Positions 1-7,390 of a DNA stretch of 32,000 nucleotides are shown in pieces (position 1 is the first letter of the stretch; every line of letters starts with the position of its first letter). The notes beneath the pieces are model-generated. The model searched no databases and was not told where the DNA came from. It saw nothing but the letters and a program-made list of their open reading frames with translations. A program made the position numbers and the translations under genes. The DNA is taken from assembly GCA_021268355.1 (NCBI GenBank), contig JAJETY010000003.1:6782-38781 (forward strand), in the 5' to 3' direction. Source of the stretch: Nitrosopumilus sp. (GTDB lineage Archaea > Thermoproteota > Nitrososphaeria > Nitrososphaerales > Nitrosopumilaceae).

Positions 1-2
1 AA

Positions 3-2000
3 CAAAGAGGTATTACAATTTATCAAGCAAATGTTACTTTACTTTTCCAACAAAAAGGCCAAGAATATGTCATTAACATGATTGATACACCTGGACACGT
101 TGACTTTAGTGGTAGAGTAATTCGTAGTCTTAGGGCAATTGATGGTGCAGTAGTTGTTTGTGATGCAGTTGAAGGCATCATGACTCAAACTGAAACTGTA
201 ACTAGAATGGCACTTGAAGAGAGAGTTAGACCCGTATTATTCATCAACAAAGTTGATAGACTCATCAAAGAACTCCGTTTAACCCCTGAAAAAATGCAAG
301 CACAACTTGCAGAAGTTGTTTCAAACTTTAACCAATTAGTAGATACCTATGCAGAACCTGAATACAAAGATAAGTGGAAAGTATCTATTCAAGATGCCAG
401 TGTGACATTTGGTTCTGCAAAAGATAGATGGGCCATTAACGTTGATTTGATGAAAGAAAGAGGTATTACATTCAAAGATGTTATTGACGCATATCAAAAT
501 GAAAAAGTAGATGATCTAGTTGAAAAGGCACCTTTAGCTGATGCTGTACTAGGAATGGTTGTAAAGCATCACCCAACTCCTGCTCAAGCTGTAAAATATA
601 GAATCCCACAAATTTGGAAAGGTGATTTAGACTCTGATATTGGTAAGGCATTACTTGCATGTAGTGATGATGGTCCTACAATTATGATGATTGTAAACAT
701 GGTGTTAGATCCTGCCGCTGGTCCTGTGGCTATTGGAAGATTATTTTCTGGTACAATAAAGGATGGTCAAACAATTAACATCATTGATGCAAAACGAGAA
801 GGTAGAATTCAATCTGTAAACTTTTTCATGGGAAACCAAAGAGAACAAGTAAGTGAACTAGGAGCTGGAAACATTCCTGCACTATTAGGATTAACTGAAG
901 CTAGAGCCGGCAATACCTTGGCATCAATTAAAGACATTCCTGTGTTTGAGGGTGTCAAATATGTCTCAGAACCTGTTGTTCAAGTGGCAATTGAACCAAA
1001 ACACCCTAAAGATTTGCCTAAACTAGTTGAAGTTCTCAAACAATTAACCATTGAGGATCCAAATCTCATCGTCAAGATTGATGAAGAAAGCGGTGAAACA
1101 ATTGTAGCTGGAATGGGAGTTTTACACTTGGATGTTGCCACTCACCGTATCCAAGATGCCAAAGTTGAGATTGTAACATCTGAACCTTTGATTAACTACA
1201 GGGAAACTGTCAAATCTGGATGTGACCCAATTATGTCAAAATCTCCAAACAGACACAATAAAATTTTCATGAAGGTGGAGCCACTTGAGCCAGCAATTGC
1301 AAACATGCTTAGAACTGGCGAAATCAGTGACATGAAAGACAAAAAGGTTGTTGCTGATTTACTTAAAGGTGCTGGATGGGATACAGATACAATCAAGAGA
1401 GTTATGAAATTTGATTCTCGTGGCAATGTTCTGATTAACGGAACAAAAGGTGTTCAATTTGTACAAGAATCAACTGATTCAATTAATTCTGGATTTGATG
1501 AAGTAATGAAAGAAGGTCCTCTCTGTAAAGAGCAGATGAGAGATTGTAAATTTACATTTACTCACTTTGTCCCTCACGAAGATACTGCACACAGAGGTCT
1601 TTCTCAATTAGGTCCTGCTTCACGTAGAGCATGTATGGGTGCATTACTCACTGCTGGAACTGCTGTTTTGGAACCTACTTTAGCTATTGAAGTTCGTGTT
1701 CCAACTGATCTTGTTGGCAACGTTGCAACAGTACTTTCAGGAAAACGAGGCAAAGTGCTTGACATGGCACAAAAAGGTGCTTCCAGCATTGTTACGGGTG
1801 AGCTTCCTGCTTCTGAAACATTTACTCTTTCTGAAGAGATGAGAGGTCAAACTGCAGGTCGTGCAACATGGAATACTTCATTCAAAGCATGGACAGAAGT
1901 TCCAAAATCGATGCTTTCTGCTGCTGTATCTGATATAAGAAAAAGAAAAGGTCTTGCACCTGATCCTCCAAGAGCAGACGAATTCATAGATAAAGAATAA
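3..2000 (+). CDS. fusA: translation elongation factor aEF-2 (5' end cut by window edge)
   Basis: The frame is open from nt 3 (QRGITIYQANV...INMIDTPGHVDF, a G-domain motif) and continues into listed ORF 78-2000. It has the diphthamide-site context HEDTAHRG and the C-terminal IRKRKGL motif typical of archaeal EF-2. Confidence 0.95.
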   Translation, partial: QRGITIYQANVTLLFQQKGQEYVINMIDTPGHVDFSGRVIRSLRAIDGAVVVCDAVEGIMTQTETVTRMALEERVRPVLFINKVDRLIKELRLTPEKMQAQLAEVVSNFNQLVDTYAEPEYKDKWKVSIQDASVTFGSAKDRWAINVDLMKERGITFKDVIDAYQNEKVDDLVEKAPLADAVLGMVVKHHPTPAQAVKYRIPQIWKGDLDSDIGKALLACSDDGPTIMMIVNMVLDPAAGPVAIGRLFSGTIKDGQTINIIDAKREGRIQSVNFFMGNQREQVSELGAGNIPALLGLTEARAGNTLASIKDIPVFEGVKYVSEPVVQVAIEPKHPKDLPKLVEVLKQLTIEDPNLIVKIDEESGETIVAGMGVLHLDVATHRIQDAKVEIVTSEPLINYRETVKSGCDPIMSKSPNRHNKIFMKVEPLEPAIANMLRTGEISDMKDKKVVADLLKGAGWDTDTIKRVMKFDSRGNVLINGTKGVQFVQESTDSINSGFDEVMKEGPLCKEQMRDCKFTFTHFVPHEDTAHRGLSQLGPASRRACMGALLTAGTAVLEPTLAIEVRVPTDLVGNVATVLSGKRGKVLDMAQKGASSIVTGELPASETFTLSEEMRGQTAGRATWNTSFKAWTEVPKSMLSAAVSDIRKRKGLAPDPPRADEFIDKE

Positions 2001-2656
2001 AAATAGAAGCCCCCCCTTTCGTTCCTAGAAAATCCGATTAATCTAGATTATAATGCCGATTATGATTCGTTAGAAATTGGTTTTATTGTGAAATTATAAC
2101 GAACGTTATGACCTTAGCTGGAAAAAAGAACCACTACAACATCAAATTTCTAAAAGGCTACGGATTTTCAATCAAGGTTAAAGATTCTAAGATTGTTTTG
2201 AAGAATTGTTACGATCCTTTTTCAAAACCTGAGATTGAAGAACACTTTGCTAGAACCATGCCCTACGAAAAGATTGTTGTCTCAGGCAAAGGCTACATCT
2301 CAACAGAAGCCTTGTCGATTTTATCTGAAAATAACAAGCACGTAATCCTACTTGATACATTTGGCAAGCCTCAAGTCTTCTTGAGTCCTATGATGGATTC
2401 ACTAACTGCCACTAGATACAGAATGGCTCAGTATGACACCTTTAGAAATGAGACAAAGCGCAAGTATCTAGCGCATCAGATAGTCAAGGCAAAGCAATTC
2501 AGTTTTCCAATAATTTCCAAAAACTTGGACAATGTCTAATAATTCCCAAAAATACCCCAAATTTTACCCAAAATGGGGTGATTTTAGGTGTAAAAATTAC
2601 CCTTTTACACACATATGCGTTGCCAGTGGAAAGATTTTTTTTTTGAAAAATATCAT
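2001..2656. mobile_element. putative degraded casposon remnant (boundaries not defined; no TIR/TSD found by eye)
   Basis: A Cas1-solo fragment lies directly on the 3' flank of aEF-2. The window has no cas2, CRISPR array or polB. Confidence 0.4.
2108..2539 (+). pseudogene. cas1: Cas1-like (casposase / CRISPR Cas1) N-terminal domain only; the C-terminal catalytic domain is absent
   Basis: The 143-aa ORF reads YEKIVVSGKGYISTEALSILSENNKHVILLDTFGKPQVFLSP...RYRMAQYDTF.NETKRKYLAHQIVKAK. This follows the Cas1 N-domain pattern (IVL.G...IS..AL..L....I.V.FLD..G...G.L.P...R..Q...R..lA..IV.AK). The ORF ends right after that helix, and no continuation is visible in other frames. Confidence 0.65.
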
Positions 2657-2803
2657 CTAGTTTTTGAAGGATTTTTTAAGTACCTCATTCAAAACTTTTG
2701 AATAACTATATGATTTCTTTTCTTTTTCAATCAACTTTGCTTGACGAAGTCGTAACTTTACATCTAGATCTTCATCAATCATTATAGTGACTCTTTTTGC
2801 CAT
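2657..2803 (-). CDS. small ribbon-helix-helix (CopG/Arc-like) DNA-binding protein, 48 aa; below the ORF-track cutoff
   Basis: Hand translation gives MAKRVTIMIDEDLDVKLRLRQAKLIEKEKKSYSYSKVLNEVLKKSFKN*. The KRVTI.IDEDL...L beta-strand plus two helices is a classic RHH signature. An AT-rich TATA-like sequence lies upstream. Confidence 0.5.
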   Translation of the reverse strand: MAKRVTIMIDEDLDVKLRLRQAKLIEKEKKSYSYSKVLNEVLKKSFKN

Positions 2804-3037
2804 ATTATATTACTGTGAAATTAAGAATTTAATACTGTCTACTGATTCCAAAAATGGAACTTAAATTATCTCAAGCAAAATATTTCTGTTCGTATCGTCT
2901 ATCATCTGTTTTTGGTTAAAAATTAATTTTCAGTAAATGCAGTTTAAAAAAATTTATCTAAAAATTAACAACATAATTTTTTTATTAAGATATGATTCAA
3001 TGACTCACTTTATGAATTCAAAAAGTTAATTTTTGAT

Positions 3038-5116
3038 TTATGGACAACCTTCACAATCTGTTGAAATTATTCCATTAAATTTTGCGTATTGGGTATTGGA
3101 ATTTGTCAAATCCGCAAGTGTAAGATCTGCATCGGTAAAATCTGCCTGAATTAATATTGAACTAGTCAAAATAATGCCTTCTAGATTGGCACCTCTCAAA
3201 TTCGCATTAGTTAAATCTGAACCTGCAAGATTGGCAAATTTGATTTCAGAATTTGTAAATATGGAGTTTTTTAGATTAGCCTCAGTCAATTCTATTTTTG
3301 ACAAAATTGCATCAGAAAAATCAGAATTTGTAATTTTGTTATTTTTCAAGGTTAATCCTGTCAAGTCTGTATGTTTCAAAATTACATTGTCAAAGTCAAT
3401 TTCATTCATGCGCACTCCGCCAAAGTTAGATTTTGATAAATCTGAATTTGTAACTTTGATCATATCTAAATCTGCATCAGTAAAATCTACATATTTTGCA
3501 ATTGTGTTGTCAATTACTGCATATCGTAAATCTGCACCCGTCATGTCCGCACCCGTCATATCTGAATCTAAAATTTTTGCAAAGCTTAAATCAACTTCTT
3601 GTAGATTAACATCAACAAAATTCACATTTGATATTGTGCTATCTTTTAGGTTGATACCTTCTAATGAAACATCAGAAAATATTACTTTGATTAGGGTTGA
3701 ATTACTTATAGTTGTGTCTTTGAATAGAGAGTCTGAAAAATTCACATCGATTAGTTTTGCACCCTGGAGGTTAGAATTTTCTAGATTTGAATTTGACAGA
3801 TTAATTCTTTGCAATGTAACATCCGATAAATCTGCAAATCTCAAATCTGATTCATTAATCTCCATATCCTCTAATAATTCGCCTGCTAGATTACATCCAA
3901 TCAAATTTGAAAATGGTTTGATTTCACAATTGTTGATGAAACCTATTACCTGTTCTTCAGTGATTTTGACATCTTTGAGAATTGAGTTGGTTATTATTGT
4001 ATTATCTGTACTTGCTCCTGAAATTATTGAAAATGACAAATCTGCATTACTTAGATCTGCGTTATTCAGATTTACATTAGTCCATATTGAATTAGTCATA
4101 TCTGCCCCTCTAAAATTTGCCCCCTCTGCATTTGATAGTTCAAAGTTAGAATTTGCTAAATTAGCATCAATAAACAATGAATTTGATATGTTTGAGCGTG
4201 CTAAATTGGCGCCTGATAAATTAATTTTATTTAATTTCATATCTGCCAAATTTGATCCCATTAAATTTGCGTTAGACAAATCAGCTTCCTCTAAAATTGC
4301 TTCTCTGAAATCTACCTCATCTAATTTTGCATTCTGGAAATTAACTAATCGAAAATTCGTATTCTCAAATTCTGCATTTGACAAATCTGCCCCAGTTAAA
4401 TCAGCATTATCAAACATAGACCAACTTAAATTACTGTCTTTTAGAATGGCATTTTTCAAATTTGTTTCATCTAATCTAGTTTGAGTGATTTTGCTTTTCA
4501 GTAAATTGGCCTCTTCAAGATTTGAATTAGTGAGAATGGAATTTTTTATTGTTATTTCTTTGAGATTAGCATTTGACAAATCTGCATTTGACAAATCAAC
4601 ATTATCAAAAACAACTCCTTCTAAATTTGAATTAGCGAGAATGGCATTTTTCAAAATTGTTCCTTTCATTACTGAGCCTGATAAATCCTGTTTGGATAGG
4701 TTTGTGTTGCTAAGATCTGTGTTAGTAAAATCTACATTATGAAATGTTGTCCATGTGAAATCTTTTCCAGACAAGTCCGACCCTGTAAAATCTACATCTA
4801 TAATTTTGGCACCAACAAAATTTACATTTGATAAATCCAACCCTACAAACGAAACCCCTGCAATTATTTTCTGTTCTTCAGTATTGGTTATCTCTGAGAA
4901 TTCTTTAGGTTGTTGGTCGATTATAATGATTTCATTTTTGATTAAATATTCCAATGCATTTTTTAATTCTATGTCCGTCATCATGCCTTCAGACCAAAAT
5001 TTAATGGTCGTCTTTATCCATTCTGGAAAAATTTCTGGATCTGTCTGGGCTAATCCTGGAGTAATTGTACCTGAAATTATTAGTAGGGATATAGCAATTA
5101 TTATGCCTTGAATCAT
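3038..5116 (-). CDS. secreted/membrane-anchored pentapeptide-repeat protein (692 aa)
   Basis: An N-terminal hydrophobic signal (MIQGIIIAISLLIISGTITPGLAQ) is followed by a PEWIKTTIKFWSEGMMTDIELKNALEYLIKNEII module. After that come roughly 100 A(D/N)LxX pentapeptide units (ADLSNANL, ANLEGVVF and similar). The C-terminus is CEGCP. Confidence 0.9.
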   Translation of the reverse strand: MIQGIIIAISLLIISGTITPGLAQTDPEIFPEWIKTTIKFWSEGMMTDIELKNALEYLIKNEIIIIDQQPKEFSEITNTEEQKIIAGVSFVGLDLSNVNFVGAKIIDVDFTGSDLSGKDFTWTTFHNVDFTNTDLSNTNLSKQDLSGSVMKGTILKNAILANSNLEGVVFDNVDLSNADLSNANLKEITIKNSILTNSNLEEANLLKSKITQTRLDETNLKNAILKDSNLSWSMFDNADLTGADLSNAEFENTNFRLVNFQNAKLDEVDFREAILEEADLSNANLMGSNLADMKLNKINLSGANLARSNISNSLFIDANLANSNFELSNAEGANFRGADMTNSIWTNVNLNNADLSNADLSFSIISGASTDNTIITNSILKDVKITEEQVIGFINNCEIKPFSNLIGCNLAGELLEDMEINESDLRFADLSDVTLQRINLSNSNLENSNLQGAKLIDVNFSDSLFKDTTISNSTLIKVIFSDVSLEGINLKDSTISNVNFVDVNLQEVDLSFAKILDSDMTGADMTGADLRYAVIDNTIAKYVDFTDADLDMIKVTNSDLSKSNFGGVRMNEIDFDNVILKHTDLTGLTLKNNKITNSDFSDAILSKIELTEANLKNSIFTNSEIKFANLAGSDLTNANLRGANLEGIILTSSILIQADFTDADLTLADLTNSNTQYAKFNGIISTDCEGCP

Positions 5117-5398
5117 ATTGATCGAGGAATATTCTGGAATTTAAGTTAAAATGGGTTATCACGTGAAATTTTAATCAGGTTCAAATAACTAAATTTCCGA
5201 ACAAATTCTTCGAACATGACTGACATCATTTTTACACGCTTCATTGATTTTTCTCTGAATCTCTTTTATCTTCTCATTTGACATGCCTTGTGTGCCCATA
5301 ATCCCATCTGTTTTTTGGCATGATCTAAATCATGCGTAAAATTTTTTTTGATAATTTGACTGAATTTTGCTCATGCTTATCGAAGAAATTTTTTAATA

Positions 5399-5423
5399 GT
5401 CAACCTGTTTATTGTAGGTTGAC
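5399..5423. promoter_or_regulatory. perfect 8-bp/8-bp inverted repeat (gtcaacct-n9-aggttgac) between a TATA-like box and the wHTH gene start; candidate auto-operator
   Basis: Read directly from the sequence. A TATA-like aaattttttaatag lies at 5387-5398, and the gene starts at 5427 (GTG) or 5433 (ATG). Confidence 0.4.
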
Positions 5424-5426
5424 CTA

Positions 5427-6011
5427 GTGAAAATGAGTCAAATTGAGCCTAATCTAATCATATGTGAGCGTGAAAGAATATTTTTAGAACAAATTACAAA
5501 AAACCCTCTATCTCATCACAATTCTCTATTGAAAATTATTGTACCAAAATTTATGGCAAAAACTACTTTCGAGAAAACACGTGATTCTCTGATTGAAAAA
5601 GAGATCATCTATGTTGAATTAAAAAAGAATATGAAATTTTATCGCCTCACAGAAAATTACCTACAAAAAGCCACTCAACACATTGAAAAAACCACTAATG
5701 GTTCTTATCATGATCTTAAAATCCAAATTAAAAGATTAGATACAGATTTTCCTCATAAAGACATAGATGAAAAGATAAACACTGCTAATTCAATTTTACG
5801 GGGACTGTTACAAACTGATAACGGTTTTACGATTTTAGATTCTATTAAAAATCCAAAAAAAACCCTATATCGAGATGAACATTTAACTATTCAGCAATTA
5901 ATTTATCGGGTTTATGATGTCATTCAAAATGATAGGGATTCTGAGTTGTTAATTCCAATAATTATCAGTTTTTTGGGGGTCACATTACCAAAAAATACTT
6001 TATATCAATAG
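5427..6011 (+). CDS. putative winged-helix (wHTH) DNA-binding protein with a helical C-terminal domain
   Basis: The N-terminal ~70 aa fit a wHTH pattern (ERIFLEQITKNPLSHHNSLLKII...TFEKTRDSLIEKEIIYVELKKNMKFYRLTE). The architecture matches ORF 11513-12079. The start may be the ATG at 5433. Confidence 0.6.
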   Translation: MKMSQIEPNLIICERERIFLEQITKNPLSHHNSLLKIIVPKFMAKTTFEKTRDSLIEKEIIYVELKKNMKFYRLTENYLQKATQHIEKTTNGSYHDLKIQIKRLDTDFPHKDIDEKINTANSILRGLLQTDNGFTILDSIKNPKKTLYRDEHLTIQQLIYRVYDVIQNDRDSELLIPIIISFLGVTLPKNTLYQ

Positions 6012-6053
6012 TGATACTCTAGTTATTTATTCAGGTTAATTTGAGGATATTTT

Positions 6054-6284
6054 ATGGGCTTACTCTACACAAAATTTTATATGGATTTTGATGAAGATGA
6101 TTGGAATCAAGTTTCAAACGACCCCATAATATTTGAGACAAAAAAAGAAAATATTACTTTAGAGATTGAAGATGCTTCTCATAACTTTTACAAACTTCAT
6201 TTCAAAAAAGGTGGAAAAATTCAGATGTTTCGAGTAACCGGAAGATTTAGACTTACTTGGAATGATGAAGATATTTTAGATTAA
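6054..6284 (+). CDS. hypothetical protein (76 aa)
   Basis: The ORF has an SD-like tgagga 6-7 nt upstream of the ATG and is co-directional with the wHTH gene. I recognised no motif. Confidence 0.5.
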   Translation: MGLLYTKFYMDFDEDDWNQVSNDPIIFETKKENITLEIEDASHNFYKLHFKKGGKIQMFRVTGRFRLTWNDEDILD

Positions 6285-6317
6285 AAAATTATAATAGGCT
6301 CTCAAAGAACTATTTTC

Positions 6318-6548
6318 ATGTCTTTAGATGAACAGGTATCTAAAATATTAAAAAACTTTGAAAATGCTACATCCAATGAAATAATTGATGTTTTAAAGCA
6401 AATTCAGCCTCAATTTAAGAGTAATTTAACATCTGAATATCTCAATGGAAAAATTCAGAAAATTTTAGAACTTGATGATGAGTCTGAAAAAAAGAAACAA
6501 TGTAAAGCACTAATTCCATATCTTGATTGGTATTTACAAGGACTTTAA
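6318..6548 (+). CDS. hypothetical helical protein (76 aa)
   Basis: ORF with typical composition, third gene of the co-directional cluster. Confidence 0.5.
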   Translation: MSLDEQVSKILKNFENATSNEIIDVLKQIQPQFKSNLTSEYLNGKIQKILELDDESEKKKQCKALIPYLDWYLQGL

Positions 6549-6550
6549 AT

Positions 6551-6976
6551 TTAATCAGAATATTCTTTTATTTTCTTTAATGCGTTTTTTATTGTTCCAA
6601 CATCATTTTTTGCAATTGATAAATCGCCTACTAATTCTAGAAAATATTCATGGCCTGTATTCTGAGCTTTTTCTATATCTGACTCGTAACACATCAGAGC
6701 TTTTTCAAAGAAAGGAATTTCCTCGCTAAGATTTTTTACTGATTGAATGTTGTCAATACTGTTTTTGATTTTTTGAACCACCTCGTCAATTTTTGGAACG
6801 GTTTTCACTGCTTGTTGATTTAAAACTGAAGCAAACATTGCGGCTGAATCTTTGAGTTCTGGACTTTTTGCAATTGTTCTTAATCTCTTACGATAATGCT
6901 CCAATGATTTTAATATGATTTCATACCCTCCCTCATCTTTAAGAAAGATAGCACCCATCCACACTTTTTCAGTCAT
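6551..6976 (-). CDS. hypothetical all-helical protein (141 aa)
   Basis: Clean ORF. The overlapping + strand ORF 6523-6729 has low-complexity composition and is judged spurious. Confidence 0.65.
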   Translation of the reverse strand: MTEKVWMGAIFLKDEGGYEIILKSLEHYRKRLRTIAKSPELKDSAAMFASVLNQQAVKTVPKIDEVVQKIKNSIDNIQSVKNLSEEIPFFEKALMCYESDIEKAQNTGHEYFLELVGDLSIAKNDVGTIKNALKKIKEYSD

Positions 6977-7048
6977 TTACAAAAAATCTAATTGAAGAGC
7001 TATAATTTAGTTGTCCCAAAAATTATTTTTATAAATTATTTTAGAAAA

Positions 7049-7279
7049 TTAATCTCTTGATTCAAAATTTTCTTGAATTGGCTGCTGGTTTCTACTGATT
7101 AGGTATAACAAAATCCCTGCAACTCCAACTCCTATACCTGAGAGACCTACAAAAGTACCGATATTTTTGATTAATCTCAAAATAGGTTCTGTTTGACCAA
7201 TTTCTATAGAATAAAACATTATCAAACCTGCCACGAACATTCCTCCCCCAATAATGAGCATTGATAAACCAGCACGCAT
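7049..7279 (-). CDS. small membrane protein, two predicted TM helices (76 aa)
   Basis: Two hydrophobic Gly-rich segments are present (LSMLIIGGGMFVAGLIMFY and IGTFVGLSGIGVGVAGILLYLI). Confidence 0.6.
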   Translation of the reverse strand: MRAGLSMLIIGGGMFVAGLIMFYSIEIGQTEPILRLIKNIGTFVGLSGIGVGVAGILLYLISRNQQPIQENFESRD

Positions 7280-7390
7280 ACTATGGATTCAATTTTCTAA
7301 TTAATAAATCACCTAAAATTTATGCATAAGTGAATTTTTTTAAGAAGTTATTTTTACTAGATTATAAGAAAATTAACAACAGGTTAAGAT

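Noticed and set aside
1196-1789. Minus-strand ORFs 1196-1426 and 1604-1789 inside aEF-2
   Set aside because: They are embedded antisense in a highly conserved, confidently identified gene, so they are shadow ORFs.
2540-2656. Possible degenerate CRISPR repeats or leader next to the Cas1 fragment (recurring aaaataccc / aaattttaccc / aaaattaccc words and an acccca...tggggt hairpin)
   Set aside because: There is no regular repeat-spacer periodicity of 24-40 nt. The words are only 9-11 nt and closely packed, so this is not a CRISPR array. It may be casposon-derived debris.
3174-5111. Long plus-strand ORFs (436, 85 and 118 aa) antisense to the pentapeptide-repeat gene
   Set aside because: Their sequences are low-complexity (S/K/F/L-rich) mirror images of the repeat codons, and there is no start or promoter context. 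The minus-strand product has a signal peptide and a textbook pentapeptide periodicity.
6523-6729. Plus-strand 68-aa ORF overlapping the 141-aa minus-strand gene
   Set aside because: It is a hydrophobic low-complexity shadow of a longer and cleaner ORF.
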